From Curvularia clavata (taxonomy: Eukaryota): a stretch of DNA of 64,000 bases. The DNA lies in NCBI GenBank assembly GCA_023920165.1, contig CP089275.1, positions 4,340,001-4,404,000 on the forward strand, read 5' to 3'. The notes beneath the pieces are model-generated. The model was not told the origin of the DNA, ran no database searches, and worked only from the letters and a program-made list of their open reading frames with translations. A program made the position numbers and the translations under genes. Positions 23,914-38,121 of the stretch are shown in pieces; the first letter of the stretch is position 1, and each line of letters opens with the position of its first letter.

Positions 23914-26900
23914 TTACATGATGCCCCTCAAACCGCGAAAGCCCCCAGTTTTGGAGGATGATGGCTTTCTCTGGTCCTTGTCTTTGACCTTCTTCCCAAT
24001 GTTCTGGGCGCCTCCTACGTTTAAGTCAGTTTCAGATCTCGGGATCAAGTACGGATGATTCACCTCGGCCATATACACGGACTTCCGACTTGGCTTCTAC
24101 CTTGTCCTTCTTGTCTTTGTTTGAGCTGCCATCCGTGTCTGCGGAAAAGCTACTCTTAGCGCTCGAATGAAGCTGCGGTGATTGCAGCTGGCCAGCGGGA
24201 GAAGCTTCATGAGTGCCAGCATAGTCTGGTCCGTAGCCGCCACCGAAGCCAGGATAAGGTGATGGGCGTGTTGAAGAGGTCTGTTGCATTCCTTGGTTCA
24301 TAGAACCAAACCTAGCAGAATAATCTGGCATCGCGCCCGAGCCAGGGCTTTGCGCAGACTCTGGGGAGCTGTATTGGGAATAGGGCTCGGGTTCTTCGCT
24401 AGATGCTCCTTCTGTGGAAAGAGGAGGCAAATACTTTGGATTGTAGCTGCTCGCATGTCTCGTACTGGGATTACGATTGATTTGCGGTGAGCCAAAGTCG
24501 ATCTGACCAGACTTGTCTCGAGGGTAAAGCTGTCCAAGTGTAGCCTTCTGCTCACCCTCAAGTTCGTAATACTTCATCTGTAGCTCTGTATGCTGCTCTA
24601 GAAGGCGGTAGTGGGCCTTCTTCAGTTGCTGGAGCTTAGCATTACTCGCCGCCAGGGTTGAGTCGAGCATTTGCTGGACTGAAGGGGGAAGTTGCCCTGG
24701 CTTGATAGCATTCTTGTCGGACGATTGCAGCCGTGCCTCCAACTCCATGATGCGGCGCTCGTAGGCCTTGACGGAGCGTTCACGTTCATTGTCCCGGCTG
24801 TTTAGTCGCATGTTCGCAATCTCAAGATCGTTCCGTAAGTCATTTCGCTCTTGCATGAATATATGCAGCTCTTTCCTTTGATTTTCAAATGCGTTAATCT
24901 TCTCTTGCGCATTTTCTAGCTCACGACGAATGTCACCGTAATCCTCGAGCTCATACTCGAGCGCCTTGGTCCGCTGCTGGGCTTTGAGTTGTTCTGCTTC
25001 TGCCCTCTCTACAATCTTCTTAAGCTGCTCGTAATCCGCTTGGGTCCTCTGTAGCTCGAACCGCAGCTTGTCTTCGTCATTGTGCCAGGTCTTCTCGCTT
25101 TCTTTGTATGATCGCACCTTTGCGGTCAGTTCACCCTCCCATTTCTTGGATTGGCTTCGGCTCGTGAGCGTCTCTTTCTTAAGCTGAGCGTATTGCTCGT
25201 TTGCTTTGGCAAGTCGGGCTTTCAAAGTTTTATTGGTGTTGATCAAATTCTGGGTTTCGGCCTCGGCAGTTGCTTCTTTGATGTGCTTACGCTGGAGCTG
25301 TCCGATGTGCACAAGATGTTGCAACTTAAGATAGCGCTCAAAATGGAGATCATTCCGAAGCAGCATGATCTCTCTTTGCAGCGACGCCACGGTATGATTC
25401 TGGAATTCGTTTTGATTGGCATGAGTTTGCCGAGATACTGAGTGCACAAAGTTGTCAAGACTAGATTGTTCTGTAATGAATCGATGGGTAGCAGCTGCAG
25501 ACGGACTGTGTAAGTCGGGCTTTGGCGTGTCTTTTGCAGGTGGCAGTGTTGGGGAATCCGTCATGTCACGACCTTTTAGTAGAGGAGAGGCCATGGATTT
25601 GATGGACACTGTAGATTTGATGGATTTGATGCGGGGAGGGATTTCGAAGCCATCCGGGACGTCCGGAATGTCGTTTGAAGTGACGTTCATTGTTGACTGC
25701 GTGTTTCGTCTACTCTCGTCCGAGCCGTGAACTGTAGCTCCATCTTGATCATCCAAGGTAAAATTCGAAGGAATGTCTGGGACGGGTGGTAATGCTGCGC
25801 TTGGTGGAGGACCAGGGTCACTCAATGTCGACGATACAGCCACACATAGGCCCATGCACTCTATAACGACATCTGCGGGATCACTCTTCAACCACTTACT
25901 CTCAGTCAGCTCGTCCTCGGCCGTGGTGTTGAACATGTTTGGGTGCAGCAAATGGGCTTGGCGATAGGGCTCTGTTCGAGTGTGAATGAGGTCTTGGTCC
26001 AAATCGAAGTCGCGTGCGCCAGGGAAGTTAAGAGACTTAAGGTACCTCCTAGGCTTGCGCACAAAGCTCATGAAGTTGAGCGGGAAGAGACCATAGAGGA
26101 ATGTAAAATAGTACATGAGCGTAGGCGGCGAGGATTCCGGATAGTCCACAGATGGTTGTACCTGTTCCCAGGCTTGCTCCGAGTCGTCTTGCTCCTCCTC
26201 ATCTTCCTCGTCCTCGCTGGAGTCGTCTTGGACATCCATATCGCCTGCGTTGGCATCGCCTCTCCTAAGCTTGTCCCAGCACAGTATCCTGCAGTAAACG
26301 AGGAACAGCTTTTCCAAGTGGTGATCCGAGGTCAAGGCTCCACATATGTGTGGTAAGAACATGATCAGAACGACAAGGGCCAGCTCGATCACGAGGGATG
26401 AGTTGTCGACGAGCAGGCATTTCTCCAGGTGTTGGATGAGCGGGGTTTCGAGAACCAGATGCAGGTGGGGTGGCTGGAGGCGAACAAAGGCGCTGAGCAG
26501 GTTTAGAGCCCGGATACGATACTGGGCTTGTACAAAGAGGTCATCGAGTTTGAGGAGGAAAACCTGCTCTCGTCAGTGTGAAGTACGGTCTGGGGGCATG
26601 CCGTGCCTACCTTTGGCATTTTGCGCCCATAATCTACAAGAACAGTTTCCAGCCCACGAACGATGTATTCATTCTCTGGAGAGAGAAAGTCGTCGGGTGA
26701 AGAGGGAATAGCCGTCCTTGCTAGGTAGGCATCGAGTATTATGGTAGTGAAGAGACTTGACAGGCGTGCCTGTTCTCCATCTTTGTCGGCTTCGGGGTCG
26801 TACACCAGTATGCTCTGGATAATGGCTTTTGCATCTTCCAGCTCGCGCTTCTTGTACCCTATGCCATCAATGATGGACTTCAAAACTGAGTTCCACCATA

Positions 26901-27276
26901 CTGTCAAGCGCGCCTCTCCAGTGATGGCGGGGCGCAAGATGCGCAGAGCGGAAAGGAAGGCGCCGCGCTTCTCTGGGCTGTTTGCGACATGGCGCAGGTA
27001 GAGGGTATGGAGATCTTCATGGAAGCGTTGAGAATCGTGGTCGTCAATGTCGTGGTAGCGTTCCAGGAAGGCATCTATGGTTGCGCAAAGCTCGTCGGGT
27101 AGCGGGTAGGCAACGGTATCGGCGGAGAAAGTGGCATTGAGCGCCTTGAGGGCTTCGCGCATAGACCTTGAAGAAGATGTCAGCAACCTTGTGGCAAATG
27201 TCAGAGGGTTTCCAGACATGTCGAATTCTATGTCCGCTTACGGATGCTGCTTGGGCGGAGGCGCTGTGGCTGGCAT
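23914..27276 (-). CDS. TSC1: Hamartin (tuberous sclerosis 1 homologue)
   Basis: YYFTFLYGLFPLNFMSFVRKP, HLLHPN, LQREIMLLRNDLHFERYLKLQHLVHIGQLQRK and a long coiled coil; C-terminal YGRGGAQNIGKK; introns near 27169-27241, 26564-26611 and 24018-24064. Confidence 0.9.
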
Positions 27277-29082
27277 CCAGGTACGACGGGCAGGTTAAAT
27301 TTCAGAGTTTCGCAAACGGGCAAAGGTGACGAGCATATCACTGCTTATGCAGGGCGAGTCAGAAGGGGCGTTTGACTTTGGTTTGGTGGGCGTGCATGTG
27401 GGATGATGAGTGCGGGTGAGGGACGGGCGCATGCTACAGGGCCGAGTTCCAGCAACACGCTTTCCAGAAGCCTGATTGTGCTTTTGGGGCGAGCATGGCC
27501 TTGCTGATGCGCGGAGCCACTTATTGGGAACAGCACAAGGCGCGCCAAAAGCAATTCGAAGGTCAATGCCGGGCGCCGCTGGCGTGCTGATGGTCAAGGA
27601 TGCCGTAGTGGTGCTGGGCGACATGCAGCGCCTAGCCGCGGGAGAAGCAACAAGGCCGTGCGCCTGTCCTCATCACGTGATAATGACAGCCGTTCCTGCG
27701 TAACGTGACGCCATCTGTCGAGGCCTCCCACACCCGCTCCCCCGACTCGGCCTTATCTCTTCCCCTCGCTTCTTGGCTCATGGCCAATTGCTCCAGTCGA
27801 GCATAGTTCTGCTGTATCGTCATTGTCCCCCAGTCAGTCTTGGACTCGTCTCCCGGCCCCGCGGCGCCCAGTCTCGACCATGGGCAGAGTCACCCTGTCC
27901 CACATTTGATAAGCACAGGTGGGATTTCGCTACCGACGGGCAAAGTTAATGGGCACATCCTCCGCTATTCCGTGAATGCTTCATCTAATGCGCCGGCCAC
28001 CTTCCCGCTATCACCACGTTCCGCTACCGAGGGGACGGTAAGCCTTGAGCTCCGGCCAAGTGTCTGCATTCTGCATCTTAATCCGCCAACTATCTTCCGT
28101 CTTATCGCGGCTTTGGTACTGTCGTCGCCTTTCATATTTTGATCATCAGAAGCATAATCCTCAGGCCCAGTGGGGGTGGTTCCAAATGAGTGTGGGTTCT
28201 CGTACCTGAGTGGAATCGCTTTGCAGCTATACACACATGCCGAGAGAGAAAGTGATACACAAACCTGGTTACGCAAACATTTTCGTATTTGCCGTCTGGT
28301 TCTTCACAAGGCTCATCGTATATCACCCTCCCCAAATTATACCGGATTGCAAAAGCTTAATAGATGGGACACTCCTGGGAAATCATGAAATACGAACATG
28401 AACCAGGCAACACAAACGAGAGTCGTTTCCGTTTCCACTCTCTGCATCTTATGCGATTACTTATATCATAAAGTCGCCTTATAAGCCGGACGCCTCCGCA
28501 CCAAAGTCCCCAGGAATCCTGTCAATGCCTGCGTGTGCATGCAAACGTGGATGGCCGCACACGCCACCAACCACATGTGTAGCGACCGTTGTACAACCCC
28601 TTTCCACATCGCTTACCAGAGCCGATCCCTGTTGTTGGTGGAAATGAGAACCATCAGCTTAGGTCACCGCACAAGAATGCTAATCTTTGTTCTTATAGCG
28701 TCCGTGCTATTACCTCACGGTGTCCAGGGTCAGAAAACAGGCGGGTTGCGCAATCGCAGGCCTTGCGCGGCTCACGTTTCCCGATGTTGTGAATATTCCA
28801 AACAGGCATCAAACATGTCTCTCTCCTTAACTCAAGTACGCCACTTATGGAAATGGCCTTGGCATTATCGAGGTTACACAAGTGAGAGCGCTTTGCTGCT
28901 ATGATTTCTAGGCATTGGCCTACCCAAGTATTCAAGAGGCCAATATTTGTTTTGCACAGAGTCTGGACGAATATTTCGCACCTAATTACACAAGAGAAAC
29001 ACATGGGCATTTTCTTCTGAGTTGCTCTCTGTTTCCTGTCTCTTCTGCACATTCCATTCATCCTCCTTTGTCCCCCACACCC

Positions 29083-29448
29083 TTATGTCCTCTCATCAAC
29101 CCCCTCCTTTCCCCCCTTGACTCGGTCTCCACCCCCAATCCCTGTCGTCCTGTCAGGCTTCTCCTGGAAATCCGGCTGCTTTGCCGGATGATCATCCCCT
29201 TGCTTCGCCTCGTCGCGCGAAGCACTCGACTGTTGATCTGTATGCTGGCTGTCTGATCGCACTTTGGCGTTTGGCGCAGCGCTCGAATTGGGATGCGGGT
29301 CGGGGATGTTGGAGGCGGGTTTGGGCGTATCCATAAGCTTTTTATCGGATGCGGAGCAGGTGAAGGGTCTTGCCGAGTGGAGGGTATTTGGTAAAGCTCG
29401 GAGCAAGGGTTGCTGGCGCAGGGTGCGAAGGGCAGTCGGAACGGTCAT
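29083..29448 (-). CDS. Hypothetical small protein with mitochondrial-type presequence
   Basis: MTVPTALRTLRQQPLLRALPNTLHSARPFTCSA (Arg-rich, no acidic residues) followed by a hydrophilic tail with DHPAKQPD. Confidence 0.6.
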   Translation of the reverse strand: MTVPTALRTLRQQPLLRALPNTLHSARPFTCSASDKKLMDTPKPASNIPDPHPNSSAAPNAKVRSDSQHTDQQSSASRDEAKQGDDHPAKQPDFQEKPDRTTGIGGGDRVKGGKEGVDERT

Positions 29449-29996
29449 GGTTGGCAATGATACTATGTTTCTTGTGTTTCTTGTTATCACTGGAAATCCC
29501 AAGGAAATTTATTCGAGTAAGTGTTGCTTGATTGTTGAGAAATGCAGAGTTTTCTGAATTGTAGGAAAATTATATCGTCGAGACGTGTTCATTTGTATGA
29601 GCGAGCTGTTACGTTGCTCAACCCTCTCTAACGACTGCCCTCTGACATCATTGTGACCGTGTCGACTATTTTCCAGGATATGTCTTTTTGCAAATTCCTA
29701 AAAAGAACTGCGATAAACTCAAGCGCATCATAGTTGTTCGTTTGCTAATATATTGCAGGCCACCTTCAAAACATGGCGGGATGAACGTGGTATACAGCGT
29801 TTGCTAGAAGCATGAGTGTTTGGCGTTCTGTCTACACCAAACAGCTGCTTGCATTAGCTTAGAGCTCCGTCCCACTTACGCTATACCGTATCTGGCTATC
29901 GTCCGTTTATCTTTCCCCAGCTTTCATTGCTCACACTTGTACATTTTCCCCCCTTTACTATCAACTCGTCCACTGTAGACTCCATTCACGATCGGC

Positions 29997-30977
29997 ATGC
30001 CGCAGTTTGTGCTCTTTGGTGATTCCCTCACCGAGTGGTCCTTCGATGAGGTCGACCAGGGCTTTGGATGGTTTCTCCAGCAAAAGTACCGGTACAAGGC
30101 GGCGATCCTAAACGAAGGTAGGGCATAATGCAGGCCTGACAAAGACTATTATCCAAAATGTCATGTCGCAACTTAGTTGGCGTGTTCCTGCTACCTAGTT
30201 ATCATGAAAAGTTTATATTCTTCTGAGGTCTTGTATTAACCATGCAACTACAGGCAAAGCGGGGTGCGTCTTACCGTTGACCCGTTGTGAATTGAAGACA
30301 CCGCTAGTATTAACTCATCATACAGCGGCACAAGCTCCGACCAGAAAGAGGCTTTCAATCGCATCATGCAATATACAACGGCTCCAGGTGCACCAAAGAC
30401 TCTCCTCTTCACAATCTTGCTCGGCACCAACGACGCCTGCTATGTCGGAGCAGATAGAGAGAAAGTGCCCTTGGCTGAATTTTCTGGAAACATTTGTGGC
30501 TTCCTCGACACAATTCTCACCGAAATGGCCTTGGAAGATGCTAAAATCGTCCTTATAACACCACCACCGCTTAATATGCCCAGTCCAAGGTCCGGGAAAA
30601 ACATGTCGCAGGAGGAGATTGAGAAAGACAACGCCTCGATGAGGAAGAGTGTGTGGCACATGGCGTATATGAACAAGAGGAGGTACGCCGAGGAAGTCAT
30701 GAAGATTGCCAAAGAGTACGAGGAGACGCAGAGGGTGGTAGGTTTGAACTTTTGGCAGAATATTGTAGATGCAGTGGTAGAAGAACAGGTGTACGAGTAC
30801 AACCCCGGGTTGCCTCCAGGCTGCGGATTGCATGGCGCGAAGACTTTCCCCAAGGGCTGGTTTACTGATGGCTTGCACTTGGATGTCAAGGGGTATGCGG
30901 TGCTGAACAAGGGCCTGTTCAAATTGATTACTGAGAAGTGGCCCGAGTTGGCGCCTGAGAATCTGCTGTATGGATGA
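29997..30977 (+). CDS. SGNH/GDSL hydrolase (Iah1-like esterase)
   Basis: Block I FGDSLTE; block II NEGKAG assembled through a 10-nt microexon at 30254-30263; block III LGTNDA; block V DGLH. Introns 30118-30253 and 30264-30325. Confidence 0.87.
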
Positions 30978-31490
30978 TATAGTGTAATGGCAGGTGATTA
31001 ATTTGTAGGCATATGAGGTAGTATGCATTGGGCATAGATAGGATACTCCATTCACTAAATTGGATTGTAATTGGGTTTTGACTTTCTTGAAGTTTCTAAC
31101 TCCTCCAATGCGGTGACACCGTTTGGAAAACCATATATGAGGAACTAGTGGGATGTGGTTGTCTCTCACCCACCACATACCCATACTCTCTTACACACGC
31201 AAGATTTTCACATTGCGTATATATACTACAATATTTCCCATCCTTCTATCAACCAGTTCCTACTCCTGCCGTCGGGTGGGCTCTAAACACTAAACATTAG
31301 ACTGTTAGCAAGGCCATAGGAGATGCCAAAGCGCTACCAGCGAGAGCTTTCAATAACATGTTGGGATGAGATGCTGGTAGGCTATATAGGAACTCGCCCA
31401 GTAGATCACGTCTCATGCCACCAACACACACACATTCGGGTTCCATTATTATTTTTATAACTATCTTGTGCCTTCTCGACACATACCTAC

Positions 31491-32705
31491 TCAGCCTCTA
31501 TTCAGCGTGTTACCCGAGCCCTTGGGATTAGCTTCCACGTATTCATCCCACGCACGCTGCTTCATAGTTTCAGCATCTGCCGCCTCCATGTCGTCCTCAT
31601 TTGGCTCGGGCTGAATTCCGGACTGCGGGCCTCCGCCTTCAATGATGCCACCTCTCTTTCTCTCTTCTTCGAGATACTCGTCAATTGTCATGGTTGGCAG
31701 ACTGTGATCTGGACGGAAAACGCCCTTCTTCAACGTCTGGCGACTATCCAGCAGCGTAAACGGCCGCATGGGTTTCCCATCGCTACTCAAGATGGGCCCA
31801 GAGTACCTCAGACCCGCGTACTGGCCATCAAGACGCTCAGAGTAGCCATCTTTACCTCTGCTGTCTTGCCGGGCATCGGGCGCTTGCGGGTCCTGGCCTT
31901 GTGGCGGCGCAGGCGGTGCAAGTGAGATGATGTGAAGTTCCTGGGCCATCGACTCGAGCGAAGCAAAAGTCTGATGTATCATGAATGCCAGATCGGTCAG
32001 ATGCAGATCGCGTACCACCTGCTCATCCTGCTCTGCGAGCTTGGGATTCTGTCGTAGATACTGTAGTTCGCATGGGTCAGTTTCTTCATATGTATTGTAG
32101 TAGAAGCAAATGTTTAAGAATGTTTACCTCGAGTTTTGTCTTTAGCTCCTTTTCCTGTCTAAATCGGGCAATTTTGGCATCCCGTCTTGCAGCCGCATCC
32201 CGCGTGTTGGCAGTGGAAAAGTTGTTCTTGTCTTCGTTGTAGGCTTCGAGAAGTTTCGCATCAGCCTTGCCAAGCATGTCGTAGGAATCCAGCAACTTGA
32301 GAAATTGCTCATAGTATCCCCGCGCGCGCAAGAGATTTTGCTTTCTAAGTGAGACATCGGTGTTTGAGATCTTTTGCACAAGCTCAGCCAAGTGGTAGTT
32401 TATCGCCAGGTATCTGATGAGTGCGTGAGCAGGGGTCCGAGGTGAAAAGACGTGGTCCAAGCCGTGCATCTGAACCGGATTGGAACATACTGTAGATCCG
32501 TCGATGATATGTCTTCCAAGGATTCATTTGGGCTGAAGAGTGATACCTGCTCGGCGACCTTGAGACATTCTTCGTAAGTGGCGATAGTCGTGCTGAGCTT
32601 TTCCTGGTAGGTGGGACTGTTTGGCTCATAGGAAGATGAAAGTTCTTCGCGCGCCTTCTCTGCTTTCGAGAAGAGACCTCGAAGGCTTTGCGGTTCGTTC
32701 GACAT
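31491..32705 (-). CDS. TAP42: PP2A-associated protein Tap42/alpha4
   Basis: SLFSPNESLEDIST.DLQY, RRDAKIARF, GPILSSDGKPMRPFTL, LPTMTIDEYLEEE, WDEYVEANPKGSGNTLNRG; two introns. Confidence 0.93.
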
Positions 32706-33164
32706 TTTGCGGAGATGGTGGGTTAAAGGTGTGCTGGTGATGAGGAAGTCTTGATACGGATGCACGTGAGAGCGTGAAATGGTATTGACTCAGCACGAGC
32801 CTCTAGACTGAGCATCGCGTTGGTACCCCGCCATGCCCGTCGAACGACCGCTCTGCTTCGAAGCAGCCAGCCTTGGACAGCAAACACCTTGATGCCGCGT
32901 CCCGTTTGCAGCATACTGAAATGGGCTTCACCATCTGCATACACTGTGGAGAAAGGGTTTGCTTTTAGATGCTGGTGGACGGGTGAGTGCGTTTGTCGGC
33001 TGGTGACAAGGCTTGCAGGAAGTCGCACAAATAGCAGTGGCCTTTACTTGACTTCACCACCACCACCACCTGCCTAGGCGGAGTGCTTGGCCTCTTATGC
33101 TGTATTTTCCACTACGCTCGTGACACCACAAATATCTACAGCGCGCCCCAGATACACTGCAAGT

Positions 33165-36100
33165 ATGGCTTGGATTGAAATCGAAGAGCAGCACGAGGAC
33201 TACTTCTTGTCAGGCGATGAGAAGCCGATTGATCCCATATTAAACGGAGATGACAAGGAAATTGAACAGGCCAAACAGCAAGACCGTGAATCGGACGAAG
33301 AGTCAGACGAAGATCCAGATGCTGCGCGTGGACATGGCCCTGCGACAAGCATAGAGAAACGCAGGGCACAAAACAGTATCATGAGAGCTTTTGCTGCTAA
33401 CATCAGTGCGATCCTGACACAGAGCGAAGTCGAAGATGCTGCTGCGAAGAGTGCCAAAGAAGAGCAACTCTCAATTCGCGACATCCTTGCGAAACAAGAA
33501 ACAACAGTCCGCATCACGAACCCTCGCGACTACCAGACTGAGTTATTTCAGAGGGCAAAGGACGAAAACCTGATTGCAGTACTAGATACTGGATCCGGAA
33601 AGACACATATAGCAACTCTTCTATTGCGGCACGTTTTAGACCTAGAGCTTGACCGACGGGCCAAGGGCAATGCTCCCAAGATAGCGTTTTTTCTCGTAAG
33701 GCCATCGAAGCATTTCTCACGTATGCACCTAACACTTTCAGGTCGACTCGGTCAATCTTGTTTTCCAACAAGCAAATGTCTTGCGCTGCGGTCTCGACCA
33801 GAATGTCGAAGGAATATGTGGCTCAATGGGTGCATCACTATGGTCAAAGTCAACTTGGCAGAGCCACTTTGAGAAGAACATGGTCATAGTCTGCACAGCA
33901 GAGGTTCTTGTTCAGTGCATGATGCACTCTTTCATCACCATGGCCCAGATAAATCTCCTTGTATTTGACGAGGCTCATCACGCCAAGAACAATCACCCTT
34001 ACGCTCGTCTCATGAAGGACTATTACATACATGAAACCGACTTTGCGAAAAGGCCCCGTATTTTTGGAATGACGGCATCTCCTGTGGATACGAAAGGGTT
34101 ATCTGAAGACCATATCAAAGAGGCTGCTAGAGATCTGGAGAAGCTACTTGATGCCAGGATCGCCACAACCGCTGAGAGCACACTCGCTTCAAATAGTATT
34201 AGCCGCCCGCAAGAAGAAGTTGCAACATACTCTCAGTTGGAGGAAGATTATGAGACACCATTGCACAAAACGATAAAAGCCAGATTTGGAGACATGGATG
34301 CCTTCAACAAGTACTTCCTCGCATCAAAACGACATGGGAGGGAACTCGGACGTTGGGCTTCTGACATGTACTGGTCTTTTGCTTTTACTGATGAACAAAG
34401 TCGTAAACTTGAGCAAAGGGAGCGTTTGAAGCACACAAAGGCTCGCCCCGGTGAGGTGAAGGACTGGGATGCTAAATTGAAGCGCCTGCAGGAGGCATCT
34501 GAGTTTGTTCAACAGTTTGATTTCAACGCGTGCACTCTCAGCGATCAAGACGTGAGCTCTAAGGTCCAGAAACTTCATTACTGGCTCAACCTGTATTACG
34601 AGCGCAGTGATGAGGCTCGTTGTATCGTCTTTGTTGAACAGCGACAGACGGCGCGTCTGCTGCAGCTCATCTTCTCCCACATTGGTGGTCCACACCTGCG
34701 CTGCAGTGTCCTTGTTGGTGTCAACACCCGCGAGAATGAGCAGAGCATATCACTTCGCAATCAGATCCTCACTGTGGCCAAGTTTCGACGCGGAGAACTC
34801 AATTGCCTCTTTGCCACCTCTGTTGCCGAGGAAGGCCTAGACATCCCTCAATGCAATCTGGTCGTACGGTTCGATCTCTATCGCACTATGATTGGGTACG
34901 TGCAGTCTCGTGGCCGCGCGAGGCATCGAAATTCGAAATATCTGCACATGATTGAAGAAGGTAATCATGATCATGCGGAACGAGTCATGGATGTCAAAAT
35001 CGATGAGCAAATCATGAGAAAGTTCTGTCAAGAGCTTCCGCAAGACCGTCACATCGATGAATACGACAAAGATGGGATTGACCTGTTGACGTTTGAGGAT
35101 AGGCTGTTCCCAAGTCTCATCACAAAGTCCGGCGCGAAGCTCTCATTTCGTTCAAGTTTGGCCGTTCTGGCTCATTTCGTTGCGACTTTGCCTGGACCCG
35201 ACAGACAAACCATGTCACAGCCCACGTACGTTATCTGCCCTGATGTAAATTCCAGGGCATTGGACTCCCAGCAACGTGGCTTCGTGGCTGAAGTAGTATT
35301 GCCAGAATATTCTCCGGTAACTTCAGTCATCGGTGACGTGCAGAGCAGAAAAGCGATTGCCAAGTGTTCGGCAGCATACAAAGCGTGCCTCGAATTGTAC
35401 GAAAAGGGGTATCTAGATGAGAACCTACTTCCCACAACTTTCCGGCGTTTACCAGCTGGGAGGAATGCTCTATTAGCACTCAGTGAAAAGAAGAAGGGTA
35501 TGTATCCTATGCTGATCAAACCCGAGTTTTGGAAGGTTGGACGAGGTTCGGTTCCTGACTCCCTCCATCTCACCGTTGTCAATCTTGACGCTGGCCTCGA
35601 CCGACCCCATCAGCCCATGGGTCTTCTCACCCGCAAAAGATTTCCAAGCATTCCCGAATTCCCAATCTACCTCACCGATGGCAGGCGTTCCAACATAGTT
35701 TCTCATTCTTGTGTGGTCTCGCTCCCTGTTTCTGCAGAGATGCTAGATCTCATCACAACGTTCACCTTGCGGATATACAAAGACGTATACAACAAGGAGT
35801 ATGAGAACAGCGTTCAGAACATATCGTACTGGGTTGTGCCAGTCGTTCAAGATCGAATATCCTCCATCTCATCCGTGACTGCGCTCGACCAGATTCTGGA
35901 CATGGACCAAATACGCAAGGTCTCGAACCAACCCTCGTGGAAATGGACCCCAGATACCAAGCCGGAGGATCTGATAGATCGGTACTTTGTCGATCTTGGA
36001 CACGGAGGACGACGCTACTATTCTAACCGTCTTGCACCTCACCTAAAACCGCAGGACCCTGTTCCAAAAGGTCTTGCACGCCAAGGACACAAGTTCATGA

Positions 36101-38121
36101 ACAGTATCCTCGACTATAGTGACAGCACATGGACGAGAAGCAGGAACATAACGAAGTGGAACCAAGCTCAGCCTGTTCTCGAGGTAGAGAGGATCCCTTT
36201 CCGTCGAAATCACCTCGCCGCTGTGGAAGATAAAGAGAAAGGCGAACTGGACGACCTGAAGGCATATGTCTGCCCAGAACCTCTGCAAATATCCAATGTA
36301 GGTCTATCGTTTCTTCTGTGTCTAACCATCCAAGCTATCGACTCTGACAATCTAGATTGCGACACCATTCGTAGTCATGTGTTATGTGCTCCCCGCCATC
36401 ATCCATCGATTCGAGAGTTACCTCATCGCACTGGAAGCCTGCAAAGTCTTGGATCTGAGCGTTAGACCAGCACTTGCCTTGGAGGCTCTGACGAAGGATT
36501 CTGAAAACTCCGGGGAGCACGATGAAGAGAAAATCAACTTCAAGAGTGGCATGGGTCCAAACTACGAGCGGTGCGTCAATCCTTTATACAAATCAGCAAA
36601 ATCTAATAGTGAGATTTAGTTTGGAATTCCTCGGTGACTGCTTTCTGAAGATGGCAACTTCTCTGTCTGTCTTTGTGCAACAGCCAGATGAGAACGAATT
36701 TGAGTTCCATGTTCGTCGTATGGATATGCTCTGCAACAAGAACCTCATGGAGACTGCAGTGGGGAAGAAGAAAGTCACTGCTGCCGATGGTACAGAGCAG
36801 GATCTGCAACTGTACAAATACATTCGCACGGAATCATTCTCTCGGTATGTGAAGTTGAAAGAAGATTCGATAGTCTAAACTAATTTACAACAGTCGCACG
36901 TGGTATCCCGAGGGTCTGAAGCTGCTCAAGGGCAAAGGCGCGAACAAATCCCAAGACGACTGGCTCAGGCTCACGCACAATCTGGGAGACAAGAGCATAG
37001 CTGACGTATGCGAGGCATTCATCGGAGCAGCACTACAAGAGCATTATAACGGTGGTCCGTGGAAATCTGCTGACTGGGACGAAGCGGTAAAGGCAGTCAA
37101 GCTCTTTGCCAACAGCCCAGACCATCCCATGTCAAAGTGGTCCGACTACTATGCAGCATATCAAAAGCCAAAATATCAGGTCGCAGAGGCCAGCGCAGCG
37201 ATGCTCGATATGGCTCGGAAGATCGAGATGAAGCATCCGTACCACTTCAAGTACCCTCGCCTTCTCCGATCAGCATTCGCCCATCCTTCATATCCATATA
37301 TGTACGAGAGCATACCCAACTACCAACGCCTTGAATTCGCCGGCGATGCACTCCTTGACATGGCATTCATCACACATCTCTACTACCGGTATCCCGACAA
37401 AGACCCGCAGTGGCTCACTGAACACAAGACGCCCATGGTCTCCAACAAGTTCCTCGGCGCCCTCTGTGTCAAGCTTGGCTGGCACATTCACATCAAGCAA
37501 AATACGGCGACTCTCACCAACCAGATCCGGGACTATGTACTCGAGGTGGAAGAAGCCGAGCGCGAAGCCCGCGGCGCCGTCGACTACTGGGTCACCATCA
37601 GCGAGCCGCCCAAGTGCCTCGCCGACGTCATCGAAGCCTACGTCGCTGCTATGTTTGTAGATGCAGAATTCGATTTTAGCGTCGTCCAGCGCTTCTTTGA
37701 CATGCACCTGAAGCCTTTCTTCCTCGATATGACGCTCGAGGCTTACGAAAACTTTGCTTCGAATCACCCGACCACACGCCTGAGTCGCTTGCTAACAATC
37801 AACTTTGGATGCTCGGACTGGCGCATGGGCGCACTAGAGACCGAGACGCTGATTCCGGGAAAGGGAAAGGCGATTGCGGCGATGGTGATGATTCATGGCA
37901 AAGTGTGGTTTTACTCGCTGGGGCAGAGTGGAAGGTATGCGCGTGTTAGGGCGAGTCAGGCTGCGCTGGAGAAGTTGGAGGGGCTCCCGCCGTATCAATT
38001 TCGGCATGCATATGGGTGTGATTGTGTGGATGAGGAGGTGAGCGGAGATAAGTTGTCGAATGAGGCGGTGGCAAGGGCCAAGGAGGAGCAGATGCGGGAG
38101 GCGGTTGGGCTGAGTATCTAA
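33165..38121 (+). CDS. DCL1: Dicer-like protein 1
   Basis: PRDYQ..DTGSGKT, DEAH helicase, [17 protein letters not shown], Dicer dimerisation region, RNase IIIa ERLEFLGD, RNase IIIb QRLEFAGD, C-terminal dsRBD with CDC; about four introns. Confidence 0.93.

Noticed and set aside
27295..29061. Short overlapping ORFs upstream of TSC1
   Set aside because: No recognisable domains or consistent gene structure; probably promoter or UTR sequence.
30318..31184. 288-aa minus-strand ORF
   Set aside because: Antisense shadow of the SGNH hydrolase; the same applies to the many antisense ORFs over GPN2, CHMP7, DCL1, the ARF-GEF and the MDR gene.
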